DNA from: Macrostomum lignano
Taxonomy: Eukaryota
NCBI GenBank assembly: GCA_002269645.1
Contig: NIVC01001442.1
Coordinates: 62,043-126,042, forward strand
Direction: 5' to 3'
Length of the DNA stretch: 64,000 bases
The notes below the pieces were generated by a model. That model did no database searches, was not told where the DNA came from, and saw only the letters and a list, made by a program, of their open reading frames with translations. Shown piece after piece: positions 1 to 11,990 of the stretch. Both the position numbers and the translations under genes were made by a program. How positions within the stretch are numbered: position 1 is the first letter of the stretch; each line of letters starts with the position of its first letter.

Positions 1-761
1 TTTGCTAAGTTACTTTACTATATCTGCATTATGCAAGCTACCTACTGTCATTCTTACATGCTTATTAGTTGCACCTTTTTTCAAAAGTTCTGCTGCTTTT
101 GTTAGAACCTTGCAGCTTATGTGTGTAAATGGAATTGTAAGTACTTCTTTGCATTTCTATCTGGAAGTTCAACAAGCTTACTTTGGCTGTTTGTATTGAA
201 TGAAATACAAATCAGAGACTAATATGTTGGGCTGAACTTTCTGAAAAGTCCGGACTGTCTTCCTAAAGTCAGATTGACTCCAATTAGCATATAACATATC
301 ATGAATTTGAAAAACGTCAACATCTTTGCTGATTTTTTCATTTCTAAATTAAATCTAAACTTCCTATACCCTGAAAGCCTTAAACCATTAGCCAAGTAAA
401 ATCGATCTAAATGCCCTCAGTAGGTGCTCCATGGCCAACCATCCAACATTGCTTGCTTCTAGTGCACTATATAAATACCATCTTTTTCAGGTTCATCCTC
501 ATAAATCCTCAGCTTTGCACCTTTTAATTGTATCAAGATAGCTCTTAATTGACCATCTAAACAAACAGTAAGTGAACTTTTGGAACATTCTAAAGAAGCA
601 AAACCATCAGAAAGTGTTCAAAGGCCCTGTCACAGCAATCAGTGTCCAATGCAGTTGAAAATTCTTCATCATATTGATTGGTTGCCAATAGTCTTCTTTG
701 ATCTCTGACTTTCACTTGCCAAGTCGTGGATTGGAAAAAGAATGAATAGATCTTGAAATAC

Positions 762-1185
762 TCAAAGATGCTTTTCTAGTAAGCCAGGGTTTTCAATTAA
801 GAGACAGAAGTGATTGGGGTGCCATGAACTGTCCAACGGAACATCAAAGTTTGTAGTCCACATGATTTGAATAGGTCGCAATTTGGCAATAGCAATAATT
901 CAAAGATTAGCGACAAAGTTAAGGACTCCATGCCCCGGAGCTGCGCAAATAGAATGGACACTCTAGATAGGTCTTTGAATAATAGAAGCCAGAAGAAAAC
1001 AACTCAAGTGGTTTTGAGTAGGTGCTATATTTGGCAATATTCCGCATCATGTCTGGCAGGGAGATGGACATGTCAATAACATTATCCAGTGGATTCTCAA
1101 TTATCTTATTTCTTAAATCCTGCAGGACCAAGCAATAATGCTTTGCATTAAATCCCAGTTCAAAAACAGAGAGTAAGCGAAGCAT
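762..1185 (-). pseudogene. Possible decayed vertnin/OTU-like coding remnant, probably transposon-derived
   Basis: Minus-strand fragments ...LRSSGAWSP* (ORF 919-1185) and IIAIAKLRPIQIMWTTNFDVPLDSSWHPNHFCLL (899-762) recall the ALA..L.R.I / IMW / PNHF motifs of vertnin-like proteins. The fragments are broken by stops and a frameshift, and the match is from memory, not from a search. Confidence 0.3.
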
Positions 1186-2038
1186 ATAAGTAGATTATAT
1201 ACTTCTGCATTAGCATATTTGAACTTCATTCTGAACCCCCTTCATTCTTTACAAGGGACATTCTAGCTTGGCTATCATTTTAACAATAGATTCCTAAGTT
1301 ATTACTAAGATATTCTTTGACAAAGATTGACAAGTCACTGTTTGCTAGTTAGTAAATGTATCTTATGGGGTCTTTGATAACACTATCATTTCTATACTAC
1401 ATGACCATCTTAGTATAAGAAAGCTATATGCCAAATAGGTGCCGTATTAACTGACCACTAATTACAAAATAGCTTGTGTCAATTTTGCCACTGCACTATA
1501 CCAATTTGACAAAGGAGCTTTTCTAATAGTTGGTAATATCTCAATAAGCAAGAACAAATTTAAGAATTATTTTTCTGCTTGGTTTAAGTAGATGGAGAAA
1601 TATATCTATTTTGATGTGCATACTTTGACAGTATTATATACTGGAAGAAGCTGGTGATATATATTAGATTAATGCAAAATTTTTAATGTTTTTATAGAAA
1701 CTTACTAGCAACCTAGTGCCCCCCTTTAGGGCAGCCAATAAGCAAGGAGCAAACCACTGCATATATTTACCTAGATAGACTTTAGTGAACTTATTAAAAC
1801 AATCATGCATGTTTATTTGTTTAAACAAAATTAGTATAAGCCAGCGTGCTATATCTTTGAAATAATTTTATACTCTGGTATTTGTATATCTATATCTATA
1901 CAAAAATGAAATATTATAGCTCATAAGGCTAGTTTGTTAGAATTTGATTCAATGCCATTTGCTAGTGCATTGCTTATTTAATAAGTTCTATAATTTACTT
2001 TTGAGTTCTACCCTCACCCTCATGAATATCCCATGCAG

Positions 2039-2322
2039 GCATACCTGTTCGCTGGTGTGTCTACACAGCCGATGAGCAGGCCAAGTGCGCCGAGCTAGTG
2101 GCTCAGGTGGCCGCTCTCGGTTACACTCGGCACACCCTGACTTGCGTCCGCCAAACAGACGCCCTGGAGTGCATGAACGCCATTGGCAAGGTGAATCCAA
2201 CAGCCGATCTCATGCGCTTGGACTCCGGCTTGGCTTATTACGCTGCCCAGCTCTACACTATGCGACCTGTGTTGGCTGAGAACTATGGCCTTAGTAACCG
2301 TGGCGGAACTGGTGGTAGACAG
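2039..2322 (+). CDS. MELTF: MELTF-like exon (N-lobe start)
   Basis: tgcag|GC ATA CCT GTT CGC TGG TGT ... AGA CAG|gtgat. Confidence 0.85.
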
Positions 2323-5300
2323 GTGATTACTGTTATACCATGCCATTGATAACTGTGAGGTTTGGAATGTCGTAACAATCCTTGAAGTATTCATTGTTAA
2401 TTTCCATAGGTCGACTATCCAACGGCCGTGCTAGTCCGCGCTGGCAGCGCTGTACGCATCGACAACATGCACCGCATGAAACTGTGCAGCAGCGGAGTTG
2501 GCACCGCCGAAGGCTGGACCGTCCCGCTGGCCAGGTACGCTTCGCTTTGACCCATTGACTATCTGAGTGACTCTCTTTGACCCATTCACTATCCGAGTGA
2601 CTCTCTTTGACCCATTCACTATGTGAGTGATTCTCTTTGACCCATTGACTATCTAATTGATTCTCTTTGACCCATTCACGTCTGAGTGACTCCTTTTGAC
2701 CCATTCACTATCTGAGTGATTCTCTTTGACCCATTCACTATCTGAGTTATTCTCTTTGACCCATTCACTATGTGAGTGATTCTCTTTGACCCATTCACTA
2801 TCTGAGTGACTCTCTTTGACCCATTCACTATCTGAGTGATTCTCTTTGACCCATTCACTATGTGAGTGATTCTCTTTGACCCATTCACTATCTGAGTGAC
2901 TCTCTTTGACCCATTCACTATCTGAGTGACTCTCTTTGACCCATTCACTATCTGAGTGATTCTCTTTGACCCATTACTATGTGACTATCTTTGACCCACT
3001 GACTATCTGAGTGACTCTCTTTGACCCATTGACTATCTGAGTGACTCTCTTTGACCCATTCACTATCTGAGTGATTCTCTTTGACCCATTGACTATCTGA
3101 ACTACTCCCTTTGACTCACTGGCTATCTGAGTGAATCTTTTTGACCATTGGGTAGCACTGATCTCATATGTTGGACCTGTTGTCCATTAGCGCTATTTCC
3201 TATCGAAGCCATCAAAGTCTCAAAGTACCAATGGCAAGCGATCAAAATGCATTAACTCTCCGCTCATCGCATTCGCATTGCTCAGGCTGATCCAGCAGCT
3301 GAAGACCATCCCGGTGCAGCAGTGCAACTCTGTTGTGCTTTCTGTGGCAAACTATTTCAGCCAGATGTGCCTGCCGGGCGCGATGAACTCTCTGTTTAAT
3401 AACTTCGGCAGCAATCCGGACAAAGCCTGCTCGATTTGTCGGGACACCGGCGACGGCTCGAAATTCTGCAAGCTGAGCGACAATTACGCTGGAAACGACG
3501 GCGCACTGCGCTGTATGACCCAGAAATTGGCCGACGTTGCCTTCCTGCGCTTGGACGAGCTGGTGCAGTACGCTAACGATACTGGCACCGACTTGGCGGC
3601 CTACGAGCTGCTCTGCTCCGACGGCAGCAGGCAGCCTGTGTCCGCCAGCGGCTGCAGCTGGGCCAACGTGCCGTCCGCTATGGTTGTGGCCTCTATTAGG
3701 ACCAATGCCGAGACCATCCAGGTAAGGCCTTGAAGAAACTATGTAGTCAACCTCAAACACCCTACAGAATCGCCCTCAAATACCCTACAGAATCGCCCTC
3801 AAATACCCTACAGAATCGCCCTCAAACACCCTACAGAACCGCCCTAAAACACCCTACAGAACCGCCCTCAAACACCCTTCAGAACCGCCCTAAAACACCC
3901 TACAGAACCGCCCTCAAACACCCTACAGAATCGCCCTCAAACACCCTACAGAACCGCCCTCAAATACCCTACAGAATCGCCCTCAAACACCCTACAGAAC
4001 CGCCCTAAAACACCCTACAGAACCGCCCTCAAACACCCTTCAGAACCGCCCTCAAACACCCTACAGAATCGCCCTCAAACACCCTACAGAATCGCCCTCA
4101 AACAGGCTATAGAATCTCCCCCCATACACTCCACAGAACCTCCCCCATACACCCTACAGAATCGCCCTCAAACACCCTACAGAACCGCCCTCAAACACCC
4201 TACAGTATCGCCCTCAAACACCCTACAGAACCGCCCTCAAACACCCTACAGAACCGCCCTCAAACACCTACAGAACCGCCCTCAAACACCCTACAGTATC
4301 GCCCTCAAACACCCTACAGAACCGCCCTCAAACACCCTACAGAACCGCCCTCAAACACCTACAGAACCGCCCTCAAACACCCTACAGAACCGCCCTCAAA
4401 CACCTACAGAACCGCCCTCAAACACCCTACAGTATCGCCCTCAAACACCCTACAGAACCGCCCTCAAACACCCTACAGAACCGCCCTCAAACACCCTACA
4501 GTATCGCCCTCAAACACCCTACAGAACCGCCCTCAAACACCCTACAGAACCGCCCTCAAACACCCTACAGAACCGCCCTATTGAGTTGCTCAAATCCCGC
4601 CTCTAACTCATTGTCACAGGAGTACCGCATCTTCCTGAAGTGGCTGGTCGCCAACTTTGGTCCCAGCGGCACCAGCGCCTGGCGCCTGTTCGACTCGTCC
4701 AAATACGCCACCCGGAATCTGATGTTCTCAGACCAGACTCAGCTGTTCTACGACTCAGCGGACGACAGCTCGCCAGATAAGAAAGATATCCGATCCATCT
4801 ACAACTGGCTTGGCCCGGCCTACCTTGAGCTGCACGACCAGACTAATTACTGCCCGCTAGGCGCCATCCGCTGGTGCGTCCTGAGCGCTTACGAATTAGC
4901 CAAATGCGAACGAATGAAGCTGGCCTTCTCGGCTAAGAATCTGAAACCCAGCATCAACTGTGTACAGGGGGAGAGCACTATCAAATGCATGGAGTACATC
5001 CAGATGGGCCTGGCCGATATCATCTCTCTAGATGCGGCCGACCTGTACGTTGCTGGCAAGCGATTCGGGCTGGTGCCGTTTGTGGCCGAATTCTACGGAG
5101 ATAGCACCAACTATTATGCTGTGGCTATTGTGCGACAGAATGACAAACAGATTCTCGTAAGCTTTTGGGGATCTCATTTTGGAATCAGCTAGTCTCTTTT
5201 AGGGTGATTGGATCCCCTCCGGTCCTGTGGGGTGATGGGATCAGCTACCCTCCGGTCCTGTGGGGTGATGGGATCAGCTATCCTCTTTTAGGGTAATGGG

Positions 5301-7773
5301 ATCAGCTACCCTTCTTTAGGGTAATGGGATCAGCTACCCTTCTTTAGGGTAATGGGATCAGCTACCCTTCTTTAGGGTAATGGGATCAGCTACCCTTCTT
5401 TAGGGTGATGGGATCAACTACCCTACGTTAGGGTGATGGGATCAGCTAGTCTCTTTTAGGGTGATGGGATCCCCTCCGGTCCTGTGGGGTGATGGGATCA
5501 GCTACCCTCCGGTCCTGTGGGGTGATGGAATCAGCTACCCTCCGGTCCTGTGGGGTGATGGGATCAGCTACCCTCCGGTCCTGTGGGGTGATGGGATCAG
5601 CTACCCTCCGGTCCTGTGGGGTGATGGGATCAGCTACCCTCCGGTCCTGTGGGGTGATGGGATCAGCTACCCTCCGGTCCTGTGGGGTGATGGGATCAGC
5701 TATCCTCTTTTAGGGTAATGGGATCAGCTACCCTTCTTTAGGGTGATGGGATCAACTACCCTACGTTAGGGTGATGGGATCAGCTAGTCTCTTTTAGGGT
5801 GATGGGATCCCCTCCGGTCCTGTGGGGTGATGGGATCAGCTACCCTCCGGTCCTATGGGGTGATGGGATCAGCTACCCTCCGGTCCTATGGGGTGATGGG
5901 ATCAGCTACCCTCCGGTCCCGTGGGGTGATGGGATCAGCTACCCTCCGGTCCTATGGGGTGATGGGATCAGCTACCCTCCGGTCCTGTAGGGTGATGGGA
6001 TCAGCTACCCTCCGGTCCTGTAGGGTGATGGGATCAGCTACCCTCCGGTCCCGTGGGGTGATGGGATCAGCTAACCTCTTTTAGGGTGATGGGATCAGCT
6101 ACCCTCCGGTCCTATGGGGTGATGGGATCAGCTACCCTCCGGTCCCGTGGGGTGATGGGATCAGCTAACCTCTTTTAGGGTGATGGGATCAGCTACCCTC
6201 CGGTCCTATGGGGTGATGGGATCAGCTACCCTCCGGTCCCGTGGGGTGATGGGATCAGCTATCCTCCTTTAGGGTGATGGGATCAGCTACCCTCCGGTCC
6301 TGTAGGGTGATGGGATCAGCTACCCTCCGGTCCTGTAGGGTGATGGGATCAGCTACCCTCCGGTCCCGTGGGGTGATGGGATCAGCTAACCTCTTTTAGG
6401 GTGATGGGATCAGCTACCCTCCGGTCCTATGGGGTGATGGGATCAGCTACCCTCCGGTCCTATGGGGTGATGGGATCAGCTACCCTCCTTTAGGGTGATG
6501 GGATCAGCTACCCTCCGGTCCTGTAGGGTGATGGGATCAGCTACCCTCCGGTCCTGTAGGGTGATGGGATCAGCTACCCTCCGGTCCTGTAGGGTGATGG
6601 GATCAGCTACCCTCCGGTCCTGTAGGGTGATAGTCCTCTTGTAGGTTATGGCTCAAAATACTCAATACTTATCAGGACAGACAGGTCAGAAATAAAAATC
6701 CAATGATTCGATTTCCCCTCCATTCGCCTAGGTGAGCAATCTGCTGCACAAGCGCACCTGCCACTCGGGCATTGGCAAAGCCACTGGCTGGGTTGTGCCG
6801 CTCAACCTGGTCCTGGACACTCGCCAGATCACTGTGCTGCACTGCCGACTTATCCACGCATTCTCCGAGCTAGTCTCGCGCTCTTGCATCCCGGGAATTA
6901 TGGACTCAGACTATAATCCCACGGGATATAATCCCATCAACCTGTGCGAGAACTGCCGCTCGGGCGGTGCGGACAAATGTCAGAGGAACGATCGGGAGCT
7001 CTACTATGGAGACGATGGCGCCTTCCGTTGCCTGGTTGAGGAGGCCGGCGATATCGCTTTCGCCAGGTGAGCTGGGATGAAGTCATGGACAGCTGAGACC
7101 ACTTTAAAGCTGCGAGTGCTTGCATTTGCACTTCAGGATATAACTTTAGTTTTGGGTCTAGCCTGAGTTTGATTTGTCTGGAGAGTGCTCAGTTGTTATC
7201 TTCAGTCTTCAATATCCAGAAGCCAGCTTCACGATCCCGGATGCTGCCCCGCCCGCTTGCAGGCACACTACGGTGTTCGACAACACGGCTGGCCACAACC
7301 CGGCCCACTGGGCCCGTAACCGGCGCAGCAACGACTACGAGATTCTGTGCGCCGACGGCAGCCGCCGCGAGGTGCAGGACTGGCAGGACTGCAACCTGGG
7401 CCGCATACCTGGCAACACCCTGGTCACCGGTGCCTACAAAACCGAGGAACAGAAGCAGACAATGTGGCAGCTGCTGAAATACGCGCAGACATTCTACGCC
7501 AGCGATCGGAATAGCAACAATTTCCAATTGTTCGACAGCGGCTTTGATCGCAGCGACCTCATGTTCCAGGACATCGCGCAGTCACTGGTGTACATCCCGT
7601 CTGTTAACCAGTCGTACAAGGCCTGGCTAGGCAACCAATTTATTCAGCGCTTGGAGACGCTCGAATGGCAGAGCTGCTATCTGCAGAGCGGCCTAGGAAC
7701 CAACAGCGCCAGCGCCTTTGCGGCTCAGCCAGTGGCGCTACTGCTCGGCCTTGTGGCGCTAATTTGGCGCTAA
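2039..7773 (+). CDS. MELTF: Melanotransferrin-like bilobed transferrin with GPI-signal tail, 5' partial; join(2039-2322,2410-2534,3286-3721,4620-5156,6732-7066,7263-7773)
   Basis: Two transferrin lobes are present (VRWCV..EQAKC, LD.G, GW.VP, Y.G..GA.RC, Y.LLC.DG.R; IRWCV..ELAKC, SLDAAD, YYAVA, TCHSGIG...GW, GAFRCL). All GT-AG junctions are phase-consistent (0,2,0,0,2), giving about 742 aa. The hydrophobic C-terminus ...AQPVALLLGLVALIWR* fits a GPI signal. The signal-peptide exon was not found. Confidence 0.92.
2410..2534 (+). CDS. MELTF: MELTF-like exon
   Basis: catag|GTC GAC TAT CCA ... KLCSSGVGTAEGWTVPLA AG|gtacg; not represented in the ORF track. Confidence 0.85.
2545..3149. repeat. 30-bp intronic minisatellite
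   Basis: TCTCTTTGACCCATTCACTATCTGAGTGAC, about 20 copies. Confidence 0.97.
3286..3721 (+). CDS. MELTF: MELTF-like exon
   Basis: ctcag|G CTG ATC ... ATC CAG|gtaag; lies within ORF 3278-3733. Confidence 0.9.
3751..4579. repeat. 23-bp intronic minisatellite
   Basis: CCTCAAACACCCTACAGAACCGC, about 36 copies. Confidence 0.97.
4620..5156 (+). CDS. MELTF: MELTF-like exon (N-lobe end, linker, C-lobe start)
   Basis: cacag|GAG TAC ... ATT CTC|gtaag; lies within ORF 4581-5192. Confidence 0.9.
5184..6630. repeat. 33-bp intronic minisatellite with shorter variants
   Basis: GGGTGATGGGATCAGCTACCCTCCGGTCCTGTG; a variant block recurs at ~5401 and ~5740. Confidence 0.97.
6732..7066 (+). CDS. MELTF: MELTF-like exon
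   Basis: cctag|GTG AGC AAT ... GCC AG|gtgag. Confidence 0.9.
7263..7773 (+). CDS. MELTF: MELTF-like last exon with GPI-signal-like tail
   Basis: tgcag|G CAC ACT ACG (FAR-HTTVFDNT) ... TAA. Confidence 0.9.
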
Positions 7774-8404
7774 AAGAATACTTTCACGTGAATAATGACC
7801 CCTCCGATTTGGTGTGCTTTTCTTTACTGACATTGTTTTGTCTACATTGTCACTATTTTTATGCTGCTTATATCAATCGTACTAATGAGATTGGCGGCTG
7901 TCGCGAGTAGTAAGATATTCGGGATAGTGCGATAGTAAAATTGGCATATCTATCCCTATTCGATGTGTATTGAGACAATAACAGTTTTCATAGCCTTAGT
8001 AAATAGCGACCAGCTCTGCGTGTACTTCACTATTCTGGCTTGTAAGCAGCAGCAGAGACTTCTAATTAAAATGTGTGCTGCCATGTGTACAGACCCATTG
8101 TCCCTGTGTTTGTTGCATCGCTATTTATCTATACATATACTTACTAAATATTTGTAGCTACCCTGGTTATAATTATCTAGAGGAGCCTCCAAAAACAATA
8201 TTGATTTTTAACTTAGTATTCTGTGCATTCCAATTCTTGTTTTATTTAAGTCAGGTTTTCGACATTCCAAATCAGGCCTCTTTAAAAACTGTTTTATCAA
8301 TTTCCCCGTACAAACTGGCCAACCTTCCATATATGGAAATGGGAGGCTGAATGCGCTGCTTATCAACTTTCATCACACATCTACGATCGCGTGCGTTCCT
8401 TTTT

Positions 8405-8410
8405 AATAAA
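8405..8410 (+). promoter_or_regulatory. Candidate poly(A) signal of the MELTF-like gene
   Basis: AATAAA about 630 nt after the stop codon; use is unverified. Confidence 0.35.
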
Positions 8411-8624
8411 CTCTAATTGCTCTTTTTATACAACTTTTTTACTGACTTGTCTTATTGCTGCTATCGGGTTTGCCTTCTCCAACACTGAAGAATGCAAGCC
8501 AAGCACCAACTATTTGTTCCTAGCGAGGCAGACAGGCTGTGACGCATTCATTCCATTTTGCAGACCCCGTTAATCCAGCGTTAGTTAATACCTTTGTTCC
8601 CATCCCATTCGCACGTCTATATTA

Positions 8625-8630
8625 TTTATT
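8625..8630 (-). promoter_or_regulatory. Candidate poly(A) signal of ORMDL
   Basis: AATAAA on the minus strand about 580 nt after the stop codon; use is unverified. Confidence 0.35.
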
Positions 8631-9212
8631 ATCCTACTATAACGATTAGTATAATTATAAACTTATCGAATAATCAATTGTTGCTGAACCTTAATCCCTG
8701 CTTGCTTTCCAAGAGGGCCTGTTTGACAAGCAGAGGAGAAAGTTAATTTCTTGCGTATATTTTTAACTGCCGAATGCGGAAATTTTCGATACGTAAGTTT
8801 AAAGGCCAGAAAATATTTAATAAAAAGAACAGTGAAAAACCTTGCTGTCGATTAGTTAATGAAAACACATTTTTTAAACAGTGGCTCAAGCAGAGTGCGG
8901 CCGCAGTGAAATTCACGCACTAGCCTGATCTGGAATTATACAAATATGCTACTACTCTCTGTACCTAGTAGTATATAGTAGTGCAACTAAAGCTAGTATT
9001 GGATGAAAAAGAAAATTTACAGTTTAAAAAAGTTAGATTACAAGTCATACAAGCAGGCACGTGTAATGCGATAATGTAATTATTCCAATCCAATCTAAAT
9101 GGAATAAAGTACAAGTTGTGCACCTTCTTGGCAATCTGCGCTAGCACTTGATTCTGGCCATCTTCAAAGTCAATGCGATGATCAATTTAAACTTGGACCT
9201 CAGCAGCTGAGG

Positions 9213-9351
9213 CTACCACTTGTTGATGCCGAATATGCGAACCCGGTACAGTTGCGGCAGCTTGGGCACAATGGCCAGCAGCACCAGGGACAGAGCGTTC
9301 ACTAAAAAGTGGATCTGGTCATACCGAGTGTAGAATGTTGTCAATAGGAAG
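9213..9351 (-). CDS. ORMDL: ORMDL coding exon 2
   Basis: Acceptor cag at 9354-9352, TAG stop at 9215-9213. Confidence 0.93.
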
Positions 9352-9795
9352 CTGCAAGGAGGGTGTGCAGGAGGGTGGCTGTCAATCAGTTTTGCGAGAT
9401 AGATTGTTGGGTCAAATCTGACTGATACTACTAGTTAGTAAGCAGCCGTATCAATCTGAAAGCACTCACATCACAATCGGCACTACGAGCAGAAACTTTT
9501 TATTGGCGGTAAACTGCACGCCATCGTCCAGCTGCTCCCAGTGGGTCAGGGTTCGACTCTCGCCCTGGTCCAGCGGCTCAAACGGGGCGCCCTTCTCCCA
9601 GTGCAGCCAGAAGTATGTAATGACATTGTGAATCTGGCAAGTGAGAGTCCAGGCCAACGCCATGCTGATGAAGGGGATTGACAGCACGATGAAGTGTGTA
9701 ATGAAGATGAAGATCACATAAGTGGCCCAGATCCCGCGAGAATTGAAGTAGACGTGATTCGGATTGGGATCTGAATGAGCTGTGCCGACTTGCAT
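9213..9795 (-). CDS. ORMDL: ORMDL/ORM1-like serine palmitoyltransferase regulator, complete, 154 aa; complement(join(9213-9351,9470-9795))
   Basis: [13 protein letters not shown]...NSRGIW..Y; [22 protein letters not shown]...KFL; second exon [15 protein letters not shown]...[17 protein letters not shown]. Phase-2 intron AT|gtgag...tgcag|C. Confidence 0.96.
9470..9795 (-). CDS. ORMDL: ORMDL coding exon 1
   Basis: ATG at 9795-9793 to the donor at 9469. Confidence 0.93.
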
Positions 9796-10488
9796 TGCAG
9801 CCAATCATGCATTAATAATGGAATGCCATAAAAAACTGGGATGCCAACTGGCCAACATCCAATTCTAAAAGGGGTATCCAGTGGGTAATGATGCTTTTGC
9901 CAGTAGATTTTAATGCATGCCCAAAATTCAACATATTTGAGGTCATTCAAAGGTACAAGTGCTGTTCTCTAAGTCCTTTTTCTATTGAGTATAGCTCAGG
10001 CTGTAGAGGTTTGATTGCAAAGCAGTTTTTTATTAATGCTAGTACTTTTATTAATGCTTTTTTGATACCAAGTTCTATTAAAGTTATATTATATTACATT
10101 AAATTTCTGCATAAAACTAAATGAATTTAACTATGAACATCTGCAGCACTGAGGCATGGCAGCATTCCTGTAATTGGTCTGCATAGTTTTATGGCAAACA
10201 CTTACTATAAAACATTTTGCATTTTGCATAAAATAAGAATTTTGAAATAATTGTATCAACTAATACAAAGCATATATAAAAGTTCTACTAGCTTTTAAAA
10301 ACTGCTTTGTAATCAGACTTCTATAGCCTAAGTTATATTAAAAAATAAAGGGGCTTATAGAACACCCCTTGTATTTGGTCTATAATGGTCCATACAATGA
10401 CCCTCTTTAGTAAAGGGTTGGATACTAAAGAGGATCCCTAGCAGCAATTTTGTGCATAAATTAAACTAGTGCACTAAGCCCTTATGGG

Positions 10489-11025
10489 CATACATGCGCA
10501 ACAGTCGGCCGAGTCGGCCGATCCGGCCGACCGATTTGGTGGCCAACCAAGGAAGTCGCAAAAATGCCGACCCGAAAAAACACAGAGTAGTAGTACTAAC
10601 TAGCTGACGAGTTATTTTGGCTTAATAAGACAGTCATAGTTACTCCTGCCGTTTACCCAAAGTTGCGTTAATTTTGCTTTCGGGTTTTTTTACATGAAAG
10701 TCGCATTTTTGTTAAAACTAAGTCGCATTTTTGTTAAAACTATGTCGCATTTTTGTTAAAACTAAGTTGCATTTTTGTTAAAACTATGTCGCATTTTTGT
10801 TAAAACTAAGTTGCATTTTTGTTAAAACTATGTCGCATTTTTGTTAAAAGTAAGTTGCATTTTTGTTAAAACTAAGTCGCATTTTTGTTAAAACTAAGTT
10901 GCATTTTTGTTAAAACTATGTCGCATTTTTGTTAAAACTAAGTCGCATTTTTGTTAAAACTAAGTCGCATTTTTGTTAAAACTAAGTCGCACGGCCGACC
11001 GAAATTTGGAGGTTGCGCATGTATG
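10489..11025. mobile_element. Non-autonomous hAT MITE (537 bp)
   Basis: Perfect 14-bp TIR CATACATGCGCAAC (10489-10502 and 11012-11025), perfect 8-bp TSD CTTATGGG (10481-10488 and 11026-11033), and subterminal CGGCCGA motifs at both ends. Confidence 0.9.
10697..10991. repeat. 22-bp tandem array inside the hAT MITE
   Basis: Unit AAGTCGCATTTTTGTTAAAACT, about 13 copies. Confidence 0.95.
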
Positions 11026-11990
11026 CTTATGGGGCATTAAAACTCAAAATTAAAAAATTGAAAGCATGAAAAAATTGTTATTTGAATATTTGACCCTTTC
11101 CCAAATCAATTTTTTCATTGTTCAAAATTTTATATATACTCAGCAACATTGAAAAGTTGCCACTCTATGCGCCAATGAGCAGTTTCTCTTGGACTATTCT
11201 GAAAAAAAAGATACTAGAAAACTGATTGGGTAGCTTTAATCCATCTAAAAAACCTTCCCACACTGCAACCCCCCCCCTACTTCATGCCTCAACTTAAGCC
11301 TGCCACAATGGAGCAAATTGCGTCACTTGCAAAGATGAAAAGACTTTACCTGCACTTTAAAAAGTACTGACCACAGACAAAATCTTGTGTGATGGAAAAT
11401 TTTCAATGTTGCTGAATATATATAAGCACATTTTGAAACTAAGCCCCTAGTAGTGGGCATTTAAAATAAAAATTGAAACATTGAAAGCATTAAAAGCTTT
11501 GTTTTTCAAATATTTGATTCATTAACAATTGCTATAAATATAGATAAACTTTATATACCAATTTTCCAAATGAATCTAAATTAATTGGTGCATTAGCTAT
11601 TGACTGTCCCTATCTACAACTGGGCCACCTGGTGTTGTATTCATGAAATAAGACAAACAAGATTATAGCAATTTAAGGGGTTGATAAATTTCAAGCCAGC
11701 TTTTTAACCCCCCTCCCTCCTATGCATAATTTTTCATCAGTTGTCTATTAGACTATTTGGTAAACAATAATTAAATTCAACCAACCCTACAAATTGCAAG
11801 CCTGTCGCACAAAGGGTCATAGAACTCTTTTAGCTTTATTGTGATTATATATCCTACACTGTACATTGGCCAAGGAGAGGCCTTAATGGTTGAACTAAGC
11901 AATTAAATTTAGAAACAGAGCACCCATTAAAAGAAAACATTAAAAATTGTTTTTTAAATATTTGACCCACTTTCCATTTGAATTTTTCAT
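11026..11990. repeat. Older degenerate AT-rich repeat cluster with an internal inverted repeat
   Basis: Related ~80-bp segments at 11026-11100, 11439-11520 and ~11920-11990; a 26-bp inverted pair at 11130-11155 / 11400-11425 (25/26 match). Confidence 0.55.

Noticed and set aside
2-199. Hydrophobic ORF with a GTAAGT donor at 137 as the transferrin signal-peptide exon
   Set aside because: The donor is phase 0 in that frame but the next exon needs phase 1, and the phase-1 frame has a stop at 103-105 with no later ATG.
7174-7262. N-terminal extensions of track ORFs (also 52984-53065 and 58240-58781)
   Set aside because: These parts are intronic; homology and splice sites delimit the real exons.
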